From the sequence record OQ722176.1: a DNA stretch of 64,000 bases, one strand, 5' to 3'. The notes under the pieces were generated by a model that saw only the letters and a program-made list of their open reading frames with translations, ran no database searches and was not told the origin of the DNA. This document shows, in pieces, positions 27,865 to 37,111 of the stretch. Position numbers and translations under genes: made by a program. How positions within the stretch are numbered: the stretch's first letter is position 1; every line of letters starts with the position of its first letter.

Positions 27865-28433
27865 TGTATTTCCCTAGACAGAGAAAAGTACCAATTTACA
27901 CGCCTAAGGCGTTAGAAATCGGTGCAAAAGTTCGAGTGTACGTTGACGGTACACTCTTCACTGAATCTCGATTTGTGTTTCAAGATGAAAGTGGCGAATG
28001 TGTTCTGTATGATTACATGAATTCAGAAACATTCATCGTCGCTGGTAAGAAAATCATTGACCACGTTCGTGGGCGTAATATCACACGCTTTGAAGAAATC
28101 GAAACATGTCAAGAATTGTTTAATAACGACGGTGTGTTATCGTACAATACTGAAACATTCGAAGAAAAGATTGAATATGTTCGAATCAAAGCAGGCGATA
28201 AGATCAAAGTGTACATGAACTGTCAATATGCTCCTTACCAATCTGAAGCTGAAGTTGCATTCTGTAACGACGAGTTTATCATTGTTATTGCAGACGACAT
28301 TCCATTTACATTTAACCGTATTGATGTGACGTGTAAGCGAATTGCCCATGTGTCAACAAACGGGATTAAAGAATCTTGTCGCATCAACGAAGATGTTTTT
28401 GTAGGTACACCGAGTGAAGTATCAAAAAATTAA
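27864..28433 (+). CDS. hypothetical protein with two SH3/KOW-like halves
   Basis: LEIGAKVRVYV and IKAGDKIKVYM internal repeat. Confidence 0.65.
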   Translation: MYFPRQRKVPIYTPKALEIGAKVRVYVDGTLFTESRFVFQDESGECVLYDYMNSETFIVAGKKIIDHVRGRNITRFEEIETCQELFNNDGVLSYNTETFEEKIEYVRIKAGDKIKVYMNCQYAPYQSEAEVAFCNDEFIIVIADDIPFTFNRIDVTCKRIAHVSTNGIKESCRINEDVFVGTPSEVSKN

Positions 28434-28881
28434 CGAGTTTGATTTCGCAAACGGCGAGGGTGTTCGATTGAGCATCTTCGTTTCGGGTTGTGAGCATCGT
28501 TGTAAGGGCTGCTATAACGAATCGACGTGGGACTCGAACGATGGTATTGATTTTACCGAAGATACGCTTAGAGACGTTCTGACGAGCTTAGAACAGCACG
28601 ATGGTTTGAGTCTCACGGGTGGCGATCCGTTGCACCCGAGTAATCGCGACGAAATATTGCGAATTTGCAAAGCAGTAAAAGAACGCTACCCTGAAAAAGA
28701 CATATGGATGTGGAGCGGCTATAAGTTATCTCATGTTTATCATTTAGAGATAATGAATTATATTGATGTCTTCATTGACGGAAAGTACAAGAGACATCAG
28801 CCAACGCAGAAAGCGTGGCGTGGGTCTGACAATCAAATAATGTATAGGAGAGTTGGAAGTGAGTTGTGTTTGGATCACTAG
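28414..28881 (+). CDS. nrdG: anaerobic RNR activase
   Basis: GCEHRCKGCYN radical-SAM motif, GGDPL, RGSDNQ. Confidence 0.96.
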   Translation: MKYQKINEFDFANGEGVRLSIFVSGCEHRCKGCYNESTWDSNDGIDFTEDTLRDVLTSLEQHDGLSLTGGDPLHPSNRDEILRICKAVKERYPEKDIWMWSGYKLSHVYHLEIMNYIDVFIDGKYKRHQPTQKAWRGSDNQIMYRRVGSELCLDH

Positions 28882-29383
28882 TGACCTGCATTTAGGTCAT
28901 CGTAACATTGGTAAGTTTCGTGAAGGCATTGCCGATACTCAAGCGAACACAGATTGGATTGTTGATTTCTGGGTTCAGAACGTAAAGAAGCGTGACACTG
29001 TGATCATGCTTGGTGATACTGCATTCACAGAAGAAGCAATTGGTATTCTTGCGGGTCTACCGGGACGCAAAGTTCAGTACGGTGGAAACCACGACGACCT
29101 GCCAGTAACAAGCTATATGCGTGCGTTTGACGTGATTCGCGGGTGTGAGAAGTTCAAGAAACTGGGTTGGTTAAGCCATTTCCCATTGCATCCTGCTGAG
29201 TTGCGCGGTCATTTCAGCATTCACGGTCACGTGCATTACGAAACGATTGATGATTATCGTTATGTAAACGTTTGCTGTGATAACCTACAGCGTAACATTG
29301 GTCAGCCGATGATTCGTTTAACCGATTTGCGTCAATTGCTTGACAAACGTCGCGTGTCTAAAGAGGTCAGCTACGACTTCTAG
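28853..29383 (+). CDS. calcineurin-like metallophosphoesterase
   Basis: SDLHLGH, LGD, GNHD, SHFP, HGHVH. Confidence 0.9.
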   Translation: MEVSCVWITSDLHLGHRNIGKFREGIADTQANTDWIVDFWVQNVKKRDTVIMLGDTAFTEEAIGILAGLPGRKVQYGGNHDDLPVTSYMRAFDVIRGCEKFKKLGWLSHFPLHPAELRGHFSIHGHVHYETIDDYRYVNVCCDNLQRNIGQPMIRLTDLRQLLDKRRVSKEVSYDF

Positions 29384-29406
29384 CACGTAGTCTATCTGCA
29401 TGAACA

Positions 29407-29414
29407 TCTAAATA
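29407..29414 (+). promoter_or_regulatory. late promoter variant TCTAAATA
   Basis: Upstream of 29448. Confidence 0.6.
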
Positions 29415-29447
29415 CTGGTATGGTATTAAAGATGGTGTTCATGCACT

Positions 29448-30293
29448 ATGATAGATGTTTTGTTGAGATATGACGCAAGGATCATCAATAGCCGAAAGAT
29501 AGTCATCTACACAGATGAAAATCGTCTCAGTCTTATTGTGAAACTCGCGAAAGAACTCGACGGGATGTACAAAAAGTGCGACCCGGGCAGTTCAATTGGT
29601 TGTATACAGATGGAAAAATGCAGAGTATACGTCAAACCAACATCTAATCCTGGCATCGAGAATGAACGCAATTTCTATACTATTGTAAAGCAACACATTG
29701 ATTCTGGCTGTAAGCGGATTAAAATTGGTGGGCGTCTTATAAAAGGTGTTCAGTCGATTGAAATGACTGGTCATGACACGAAAAATAATAAGAAAGCCGA
29801 TATGGTCTTGAAGACAATAAGCGGCGATTTCCCGATTTCAATAAAAAAATCAAATGCAGAGCGTTGGGCGAGTACTGACGTTATTCACGGCACAGAAGCG
29901 TGTAAACTGTTAAATCGCATGGTATCGAAGAGTATCGTTACTTTGACTGATTTCTCAGATGACGGGAAGGTAAAACGATTGAGTCAGCCAATAGCGAGAC
30001 GACTTCGCGACGATGAGATTAATCACGTCGTATTCGGCTCGGATATTCTCGGTAACGGTCTGGTCATTGTTAATAGCTTTACTCTAGATGATTTTGTATT
30101 CAAGCGCGGTACTTTACATATTAACGGTGAGGTGCTTTTAGATTCAAATGATGTAAAAGACACAATATACCACCCGTATATGATGATTAGAAATGATGCG
30201 TGTCGCCGTTCGAAGGCTTTGCCTTATGGTGTTCGCGTTGAAGTTGTATTCGAATCAAGAATTACGAAAAATACGATTGTTTACGAGGAGTAG
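29448..30293 (+). CDS. putative PD-(D/E)XK-fold nuclease-like protein
   Basis: KKADMVL..PISIKK motif. Confidence 0.45.
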   Translation: MIDVLLRYDARIINSRKIVIYTDENRLSLIVKLAKELDGMYKKCDPGSSIGCIQMEKCRVYVKPTSNPGIENERNFYTIVKQHIDSGCKRIKIGGRLIKGVQSIEMTGHDTKNNKKADMVLKTISGDFPISIKKSNAERWASTDVIHGTEACKLLNRMVSKSIVTLTDFSDDGKVKRLSQPIARRLRDDEINHVVFGSDILGNGLVIVNSFTLDDFVFKRGTLHINGEVLLDSNDVKDTIYHPYMMIRNDACRRSKALPYGVRVEVVFESRITKNTIVYEE

Positions 30294-30296
30294 CTA

Positions 30297-31121
30297 ATGG
30301 CTATCAAAGATAAATTGGAAGAACTTATTGCGTCGGTTCACCAATGTACTACCAAAGACGGTGTAGTTGAGATTCAAAAACTATATACGCAAAAGAAAAA
30401 AGAACTCGGTGCTAACATCACTCCGATGATGGACATTCGTGTTCGTGACGCGATTCGTGGTAAAATCACGATGTTCGACAAAGAAAACAACGCTGCTAAA
30501 GAAGAAGCGGCATTGAAAAAACAGCAACAAGAAGCTGAAGCAATTGCGGCTAAACTTGATGAAGGTCTTTTCGTTGTTTCTGAGAAAGAATTCTTTGAAC
30601 ATGAGACCGTAGTTAATGAGTGTGCGATTGACGCTGCATGTATTATGGACGTTGACTCAAGCATTCCTTCAGTAGGTCACAAAGAACTGACTAAAACGCT
30701 TTCAGAAGCGTGTGAGCACGTAGGTGCAGTCGGTAAAGTGTATGTACCAGAAGCGAGAAACAAAGTTCTGTCATTGCAAGAGCGTGTTGAACTATTTGAA
30801 TCGTTCTCTGACGTTGACGTTGCTCCGAAAGGTGTGATGTTTGCGGAAGTAGAAAACATGATTCAGAAAGGCATTACTCGCGTATTTGCATTTGTAGAAG
30901 CAGAGAAAGTCGCTGAATATCGTCGCCTTGCTCGCCATTTCTTACGTGTCGGTGGCACGCGATTTGAGATCGTCGAAGTCAAGAACAAAGTCCCATCTAG
31001 CACAATTGAAAATCTGATTCGCGAAGACAACCTAACTGAATTCTTCAGAAGCGTGCCAATGTCGATGAACGAAGCTGAGAAGATCTTTGATCGTCAAATT
31101 GAGCAGCTATTGGGGGCATAA
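30297..31121 (+). CDS. cytidyltransferase-like (HxGH superfamily) protein, degenerate
   Basis: IPSVGHKEL (cf. PPTIGHEKL), LSLQERV, VPSSTIENLI..EFFRSVP. Confidence 0.5.
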   Translation: MAIKDKLEELIASVHQCTTKDGVVEIQKLYTQKKKELGANITPMMDIRVRDAIRGKITMFDKENNAAKEEAALKKQQQEAEAIAAKLDEGLFVVSEKEFFEHETVVNECAIDAACIMDVDSSIPSVGHKELTKTLSEACEHVGAVGKVYVPEARNKVLSLQERVELFESFSDVDVAPKGVMFAEVENMIQKGITRVFAFVEAEKVAEYRRLARHFLRVGGTRFEIVEVKNKVPSSTIENLIREDNLTEFFRSVPMSMNEAEKIFDRQIEQLLGA

Positions 31122-31600
31122 TGAGCATAGCTAAACGCGGTGCTGACGGGTTTTATGCTCTTCGTCTATCTCGTTTGCTTCATCTACGTTTTGAACGTTG
31201 GGAAGCATATCGAATGGGCATTATCGACGCAACTGGTAAGAAGTTGCGCGACCCAGAAACAGCACAAGAGAAAAGCAACTGGACGATGTTTCACGTGACT
31301 GTGCGCAATATCAAGCGTATGGTTAATGCATTGCCAGGTGGTAGAACTGCACTAGATTATGGTGCTTCTTATCTTCTACTGATCGAGCTTGCAAAAGAAT
31401 ACGGTCTATCAGATGACTTTGCCGACGAGTGTATTCGCGTTGAAGAGTCTATGGTGGCTGGTGATGCAGGTGACGGCAGTGGTTCGCCAGAATCAATCGC
31501 TTCAGGCGAAACGACTGGTGCAGTCACAAATCCGGGTCCTGAGACTCTAGGTAAGAAGAAAAAGAAAAAGAAACTGAAGAAATTCAGGCACTTTGACTAA
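31121..31600 (+). CDS. 61.1: gp61.1-like conserved protein
   Basis: WEAYRMGIIDATG..FHVTVRNIKRM; SMVAGD..IASGETTGAVTNPGPE; upstream of primase. Confidence 0.7.
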   Translation: MSIAKRGADGFYALRLSRLLHLRFERWEAYRMGIIDATGKKLRDPETAQEKSNWTMFHVTVRNIKRMVNALPGGRTALDYGASYLLLIELAKEYGLSDDFADECIRVEESMVAGDAGDGSGSPESIASGETTGAVTNPGPETLGKKKKKKKLKKFRHFD

Positions 31601-31601
31601 C

Positions 31602-31628
31602 AAAATGCCCCGATTTAGGGGCTTTTTT
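31602..31628 (+). terminator. terminator
   Basis: GCCCC-gattta-GGGGCTTTTTT. Confidence 0.8.
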
Positions 31629-31630
31629 AT

Positions 31631-31659
31631 GTTTATCGTATCGTGATGCCGTGTATAAT
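31631..31659 (+). promoter_or_regulatory. GTTTA-class promoter
   Basis: GTTTAT..cgTGTATAAT upstream of primase. Confidence 0.7.
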
Positions 31660-31679
31660 GACTGCACGGAGGTTATATT

Positions 31680-32738
31680 ATGCAAATTTTGATTGATATA
31701 CAATACGCAAAAATGCTTCAGCATCGTTTGTTATTGCCGAAAGTGCATAGCAATCGACCTTTCAAAATAAACGCTCGTTGCCCGATTTGTGGCGACTCGA
31801 AAAAGAACAAGTACAAAACACGTTTTTGGATTAATGAAGTTAAGACTAAAACTGGTGAGGTTCATTTACGCTGTTCATGTTGGAACTGCGACTACAACGA
31901 ATCGCTGTACACTTTTTTGAAAGACCACGAGCCATCCCTATTTTCTCAATATCGAGTTGATCTATTCAAAGAACGCAACTCACGCGAACGAAAAGAGCGC
32001 GATCCAGAACCCGTCGAAGAAAAGCAAGAAGCGACGGTAATCGAGAAAGAACAAGAAGAACAGCTTTTTTACAACATCACTGCACTGAAAGAAGGTCATG
32101 TGATGCACAAATATCTTGAGTCTCGTAAAATCCCGAAAGACAAGTGGCATTTACTTGGGTTTACTCGCGGTTGGACAACAATGGCGAAAACTCTACGCCC
32201 TGACTTATACGAAGGCGAGATTAAGAATGACCACCCACGTCTTGTAATTCCGATTTACAACAAAGACGGGTTGGTTGCAGTTCAAGGTCGTGCGTTGACA
32301 AACAAACATGCTCAACGATATATGACCATCAAAATCGACGATGATTTTAACAAAATCTATGGTACTGAGCGAATCAATGAAGATGACCCTGTTATTTTCG
32401 TTGAGGGACCGATTGATAGTTTATTCCTATACAATTGCTGTGCTATAGTAGGCGGACAAGTCAGTCCGAACAATGCACCTTATGCTGGCAATCGCATATG
32501 GGCACTTGATAATGAGCCACGACATCCCGACGTTATCAAACGTCTTCAAGTTCTAATCAGAGCGGGTGAACGTGTTGTTATTTGGGATAAGCTCCCACCA
32601 CAAATCATTGGCAAGAAAGACATCAATGACTTTGTAAAAGCTGGTGTGTCTGCTGAGTTCATTCAGCAATACATTTATGAAAATGCCGTTAGCGGTCTAA
32701 TGGCAACAAATAGACTTAACAGATGGAAAAAGATTTAA
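31680..32738 (+). CDS. 61: DNA primase gp61
   Basis: RCPICGDS..CWNC zinc finger, VEGPIDSLF, DNE TOPRIM, KDIND. Confidence 0.97.
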   Translation: MQILIDIQYAKMLQHRLLLPKVHSNRPFKINARCPICGDSKKNKYKTRFWINEVKTKTGEVHLRCSCWNCDYNESLYTFLKDHEPSLFSQYRVDLFKERNSRERKERDPEPVEEKQEATVIEKEQEEQLFYNITALKEGHVMHKYLESRKIPKDKWHLLGFTRGWTTMAKTLRPDLYEGEIKNDHPRLVIPIYNKDGLVAVQGRALTNKHAQRYMTIKIDDDFNKIYGTERINEDDPVIFVEGPIDSLFLYNCCAIVGGQVSPNNAPYAGNRIWALDNEPRHPDVIKRLQVLIRAGERVVIWDKLPPQIIGKKDINDFVKAGVSAEFIQQYIYENAVSGLMATNRLNRWKKI

Positions 32739-33235
32739 TGAAGATTATTTACCTACCGCACTACAAAGAAAACAAAGAACTTGGTCTTGAAGCAATCGAG
32801 CCACTTGCTGTTAAAGACCCAGATGACGCAGGTATTGATCTACGTGCTGCTATCACTGAGACGCTACGATTGGGTCCCGGTCAGACGAAAGTAATCCCGA
32901 CTGGCGTTAAGATTCACATCGGCTCACATCCAATTCATAAGCTATACACTGACCTTGGTGTTTACGGTATGGTTGCACCTCGTTCTGGCATGGGCTTCAA
33001 ATACTTCGTTCGTCTTGCCAATACAGTCGGTATCATTGATGCGAACTATCAAGGTGAAATCATGGTTAAGCTTCGTAATGAAGGCGAAGAGTCTGTTGTT
33101 ATTGAGCGTGGTGATCGTTTCTGTCAACTTATCTTCCAAACTTACGTGAAAGGTGTTACATTCGACGAAGTTGAAGACTTCGAAGAAGAAACAGACCGTT
33201 CAGCGCGTGGATTTGGCGGTAGCGGGGTGAAATAA
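32738..33235 (+). CDS. dut: dUTPase (trimeric)
   Basis: AGIDL, PRSG, GIIDANYQGE, GDRFCQ, RGFGGSG. Confidence 0.95.
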   Translation: MKIIYLPHYKENKELGLEAIEPLAVKDPDDAGIDLRAAITETLRLGPGQTKVIPTGVKIHIGSHPIHKLYTDLGVYGMVAPRSGMGFKYFVRLANTVGIIDANYQGEIMVKLRNEGEESVVIERGDRFCQLIFQTYVKGVTFDEVEDFEEETDRSARGFGGSGVK

Positions 33236-33501
33236 TGTCATATGAAGATGATCTTTTAAACGATCATACGGCGCTTGAACGAAGCAAGCGTCGTCGTGAA
33301 ACCCGTTCTGTATTGTTTGACGAGCGCATTGAAGCCGCGCTTCGTCTTGATATTGCGGGCGACCAAGAACAAAAGCAGAAGATGATCGATAGTCGCAAAG
33401 CGACTCTTGGTCAGATTCAAGATCAGCAACGAAAAATCGAAAGCAAGCTTGACTTGCTACACCGATTACTAACTTTAAAGAGAGTAACATACCATGAGTG
33501 A
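33235..33501 (+). CDS. hypothetical coiled-coil protein
   Basis: 88-aa ORF translationally coupled to neighbours. Confidence 0.7.
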   Translation: MSYEDDLLNDHTALERSKRRRETRSVLFDERIEAALRLDIAGDQEQKQKMIDSRKATLGQIQDQQRKIESKLDLLHRLLTLKRVTYHE

Positions 33502-34183
33502 CAAGCCAGTTTACGACATTCTGATCGACTATGAGGGATTCGACGTAACTCCCGACGCAGCGGTTATCGAGCTTGGTGCAGTTGAATTCGAACACGATTT
33601 CACCAAAGTGCCTGACTATCAAGAGCTAGTGAAGAACTCGTTTCGCTGTAAGTTTGAAGTCAAGACTCAAAAAGGCAAGCGTAGCATCAACAAAGCTACT
33701 GTAAAGTGGTGGTCTGAGCAGTCAGCCGAAGCAAAAGAGATTCTAATCCCTTCTGCTGAAGACGTTTCTGTTGAAGAAGGTCACAAGCTGTTCATTGAGT
33801 GGATCGAGCAGAATACGCGATACGATGGTCGTTCGCACTTCTACTGTCGTGGTAATAACTACGATATTCCGCTAATGGCTGACTGTTTCCGTTACAGTGG
33901 ATTGCGTCATGCGATTATTGAGCGATTCTGGAAATTCCGCGACGTTCGTACTCGTATCGAAGCTCTAATGCTTCAGCGTGACATGTGTAAAGTGCCAGTT
34001 CGTCGTGATGCAATGCCAGGTTTTATTCACCACAATGGCGTTCACGACTGTGCGAAAGATGCAATGATGCTGATCATGGCTGCACGCTACGCACTTGATT
34101 TGGAAGATCTACCCGCGAAAATGGAATGCCATGAAGTTTCGGTTGATTTTACTGACGAAGAGAAAGAGGAACTTGGTCTATGA
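33494..34183 (+). CDS. dexA: exonuclease DexA (DEDDh)
   Basis: IDYE, TVKWWSEQ, CRGNNYD, RDVRT, HNGVHDCAKD. Confidence 0.93.
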   Translation: MSDKPVYDILIDYEGFDVTPDAAVIELGAVEFEHDFTKVPDYQELVKNSFRCKFEVKTQKGKRSINKATVKWWSEQSAEAKEILIPSAEDVSVEEGHKLFIEWIEQNTRYDGRSHFYCRGNNYDIPLMADCFRYSGLRHAIIERFWKFRDVRTRIEALMLQRDMCKVPVRRDAMPGFIHHNGVHDCAKDAMMLIMAARYALDLEDLPAKMECHEVSVDFTDEEKEELGL

Positions 34184-34341
34184 TGATAGCAGTACATTTG
34201 CTTTCTCAAGCCAAGCCAGTTGTTCATGACAATGTAAAGAACGCATACACCAAAGACGGTCTTTACTGTTTGATGATGAACGACGGTGTGGTTTTGAAAT
34301 ACCCATTGATTAATATTTTCCGAATTACAGAAAATATGTAA
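34180..34341 (+). CDS. 53-aa hypothetical protein
   Basis: Not in track. MMIAVHLLSQAKPVVHDNVKNAYTKDGLYCL..YPLINIFRITENM, ATGA overlap with dexA. Confidence 0.65.
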   Translation: MMIAVHLLSQAKPVVHDNVKNAYTKDGLYCLMMNDGVVLKYPLINIFRITENM

Positions 34342-34348
34342 AAAGTGG

Positions 34349-34377
34349 TTGCGTTGTCGATGTGACTTGTGTAATAT
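34349..34377 (+). promoter_or_regulatory. early promoter
   Basis: TTGCGT-17-TAATAT followed by leader-like CACATCGAC..AAGAGAACATT. Confidence 0.7.
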
Positions 34378-34408
34378 ACTCACATCGACAACGAAAAGAG
34401 AACATTAT

Positions 34409-34678
34409 ATGAGTCGCTTAATCAAATATGAAGGTCAACCTTATCACTTGACAATCGCTGAGTGCGTAGTCGCAGTTTCAGCGCGTGCAGTAGCACTAGA
34501 GCCGATGGTTAATGAATTCTTCGATATTGAACTCGAAGACTTGATGAATGACGAAGACCGTCACCAAAAGATTGCAACTGAATTTGTATTGATGCACAAT
34601 ATGGGTGTTGCTGATTTCGAAATGATCAGTGGTGATAAAACATTCGACGAGCTTATCGAATTCTTACTCGGTGAATAG
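34409..34678 (+). CDS. hypothetical early protein
   Basis: Start corrected to MSRLIK. Confidence 0.75.
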   Translation: MSRLIKYEGQPYHLTIAECVVAVSARAVALEPMVNEFFDIELEDLMNDEDRHQKIATEFVLMHNMGVADFEMISGDKTFDELIEFLLGE

Positions 34679-34680
34679 CT

Positions 34681-35076
34681 ATGAAATTTCAACCGTTTAT
34701 GTACAAATGGAAGCGTTTTTCGTTTGAATTCAACAATTATTCAATCGAAAAGCAGCGCGGATTAGTCGGAACAGTTGATTTTGTCATGAAGAAACACTTC
34801 GCGCATAGAATCTATGATAGATTTGCATCGTGTGAGCACACAACGATTCGCATGATCATGTATCATACCGTGAATAAGCATTTAGCTGAAGTGTTATTCT
34901 GGTTCTATAGTGACATCGACAAAGACTTGGCAATTCGTCGTCATGATATTATCATGATCATGGAACGCGGTCAGAGTGCGATATTGGTGACGACAATTTA
35001 TCGACTTGAAAACGATCCGCCTGTGGATAAGTTTTTTCTGATTGATATAGGCAAAAAGCGCAATGATTCAGATTAG
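34681..35076 (+). CDS. hypothetical protein
   Basis: 131-aa ORF in operon. Confidence 0.7.
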   Translation: MKFQPFMYKWKRFSFEFNNYSIEKQRGLVGTVDFVMKKHFAHRIYDRFASCEHTTIRMIMYHTVNKHLAEVLFWFYSDIDKDLAIRRHDIIMIMERGQSAILVTTIYRLENDPPVDKFFLIDIGKKRNDSD

Positions 35077-35308
35077 ATTAGGTGATTTCATTGAAATCAC
35101 TGAAAAACTTGACCAAGAAGATTTCTTTGGTCAGTTAATTGAAATATCGCCGTGTCTGTGGGCACGTGGTGATTTTCTACGCCTTGTTGATGAAGCAGGT
35201 AATGACATTCAAGTTAATACTGTGAACATTGACATGATTAATGGAATAGCTGTGGGTGAGATTATTCGAAACGCGCATGGCTTCATGTATTGTGAGGAAA
35301 AGAAGTGA
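35063..35308 (+). CDS. hypothetical protein
   Basis: 81-aa ORF in operon. Confidence 0.65.
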   Translation: MIQIRLGDFIEITEKLDQEDFFGQLIEISPCLWARGDFLRLVDEAGNDIQVNTVNIDMINGIAVGEIIRNAHGFMYCEEKK

Positions 35309-35748
35309 AAGGTTACGTATTTGTAAATCGCTATTGTAAAGGTATTCAGGCTGGTATTCAAGGCGCACATGCGCTACTACGCCTTGCACGTAAAGCAGAC
35401 AAGCCAGTATTCAACAAATGGTTGAACGAGCACGAGACGATTTGCGTTCTTTCAGCTTCTGGTCATGACCATCTTGAAGAAATCGAAATGACTATTCGCG
35501 AAATGAATGTAGTCGAAGATATTACATTTTTTCAAGAAGAAGGTTTACATCACTCTCTAACGGGTGTAGCATTCATTGGCGACGAGAAGTTAATGAAAGT
35601 TCAAGCCGAAATGAAAGAATGGCGTGAACTTCGTAAGATCGGTGAAGGTCTTAAACGTCGTGAATTTGATTCAGACATGTTCTACAAATACGGTAGAACG
35701 TACGAACTTGCAAAATACCTAGAGGGGTTTCATTCGCATCATGGATAA
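35305..35748 (+). CDS. putative peptidyl-tRNA hydrolase II-like fold protein
   Basis: GIQGAHA..KWLNEHETICVL..FFQEEGL..LTGVAF parallels PTH2 AQxxHA / W..K.VL / T..A motifs. Confidence 0.45.
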   Translation: MKGYVFVNRYCKGIQAGIQGAHALLRLARKADKPVFNKWLNEHETICVLSASGHDHLEEIEMTIREMNVVEDITFFQEEGLHHSLTGVAFIGDEKLMKVQAEMKEWRELRKIGEGLKRREFDSDMFYKYGRTYELAKYLEGFHSHHG

Positions 35749-35971
35749 CTTGAATTTGAAATTGACTACTGCTACTCGCTTTGAAGAATTGATGACGCGC
35801 CCTGGCGTCGTCGTCAAGAACAGCAATTCGGGTCCTGAGTTCATCACCACTGTTTATGACAAAGGTGAGCTAATCGCAGAGCGCGTTCTTTACGTGTCTC
35901 AAGCAGAGCACTTTGAATTGCAACTGCCTGAAGCAGTCAAAGCAGTTCGAAAAACTAGCAAATTGCCGTAA
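35741..35971 (+). CDS. hypothetical protein
   Basis: 76-aa ORF in operon. Confidence 0.65.
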   Translation: MDNLNLKLTTATRFEELMTRPGVVVKNSNSGPEFITTVYDKGELIAERVLYVSQAEHFELQLPEAVKAVRKTSKLP

Positions 35972-35977
35972 ATAACT

Positions 35978-36007
35978 GTTTAACAATCAAACTTGTGAGT
36001 GTAATAT
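35978..36007 (+). promoter_or_regulatory. GTTTA-class promoter
   Basis: GTTTAAC-17-TAATAT. Confidence 0.7.
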
Positions 36008-36008
36008 T

Positions 36009-36194
36009 ATGAAATCTAAAGGATTTACTCTAATCGAATTGATGGTCGTGATTGTCATTTTGGGTATCTTAGCGACGATTGGCGCAGGTGCATTGGGCAT
36101 CGGTCAAACTACAACATATACGACTGAACCGCAAGCCGTTCAATACGAGATTGACGGTCAGTTAATGCAATGTACTCCCGTGTGGAGTAATTAA
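36009..36194 (+). CDS. prepilin-type N-terminal cleavage/methylation mini-protein
   Basis: MKSKG|FTLIELMVVIVILGILA class III signal peptide; 61 aa. Confidence 0.85.
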   Translation: MKSKGFTLIELMVVIVILGILATIGAGALGIGQTTTYTTEPQAVQYEIDGQLMQCTPVWSN

Positions 36195-36208
36195 AGATGA
36201 AAAGGTAA

Positions 36209-37111
36209 TTGATGAAAAACTACTTGCAACTATGTACTGAAATTCTCAACGAAGGTGATTTTCTAGAGAACAGAACAGGTACAAACACGGTTAGCGTTAT
36301 TTCGCGTGAGCTTCGCTGGGATTTATCGAAAGGTTTCCCGCTGTTGACGACTAAGAAAATGGCAACAAGAGCTATTTTCGGTGAGCTTCTTTGGTTCTTG
36401 AGTGGTTCTGGTTTGATTAGCGACTTGCGCAAATACACTGAGTTGTCAGACGAAGATTTCTGCATTTGGCAGCAAAATCTCGATGAGCTAAACGAGCGTG
36501 CGAAGAAAGCAGGTATTGTTCGAAACGAAGACGATCTCGGTTATGTTTACGGTAAAGTATGGCGTAAGCGTCTATCAGTAACCGCAGACAAAGACGTGAC
36601 TGAGTTCGACCAGATTCATCAATTACTGTGCGATATTGCAGCGGTAAAAGAAGATCCGACGCAAAGTGCGCAACGTCGTATGCTAGTAGAAGCATGGGAC
36701 CCGTACTTCCACACTGAAAGCAACTCAGTAGACGTAGCTCTACCGCCTTGTCACTACGGCTTTCAAGTGTTCGTGCGTAATGGTAAGATCAGTCTGAAAT
36801 GGCAACAACGTTCAGTTGACACATTCTTGGGTCTGCCGTTCAATATCGCATCGTATGCGCTATTGGTTCACATTCTTGCTCAGTTGACGGGCTTGAAAGT
36901 AGGCGAACTGATTTTCTCAGGCGGTGATGTTCACATTTATGAAGATCACATCGTGCAGGTACTGAAACAATTGCGTCGTACGCCACGTGGTCTGCCGCAA
37001 ATTGAACTGCCTGAATTTGATACGCTGTCACAACTGTTGACTAAGCGTGCAAGCGATTTCGTTGTGTACGACTATGACCCGTACCCAACTCTAAAAGGTA
37101 AAATGTCATGA
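36209..37111 (+). CDS. td: thymidylate synthase
   Basis: RTGT, FPLLTTKK, LPPCH, QRSVDTFLGLPFNIASY, HIY; no intron. Confidence 0.98.
   Translation: MMKNYLQLCTEILNEGDFLENRTGTNTVSVISRELRWDLSKGFPLLTTKKMATRAIFGELLWFLSGSGLISDLRKYTELSDEDFCIWQQNLDELNERAKKAGIVRNEDDLGYVYGKVWRKRLSVTADKDVTEFDQIHQLLCDIAAVKEDPTQSAQRRMLVEAWDPYFHTESNSVDVALPPCHYGFQVFVRNGKISLKWQQRSVDTFLGLPFNIASYALLVHILAQLTGLKVGELIFSGGDVHIYEDHIVQVLKQLRRTPRGLPQIELPEFDTLSQLLTKRASDFVVYDYDPYPTLKGKMS

Noticed and set aside
32738-33235. Evidence for hydroxymethyl-cytosine DNA
   Set aside because: A trimeric dUTPase rather than the gp56 dCTPase is present near primase, and there is no 42 or glucosyltransferase in the window; modification genes elsewhere cannot be excluded
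25493-37111. Group I introns in nrdD or td as in T4
   Set aside because: Both ORFs are uninterrupted with all expected motifs
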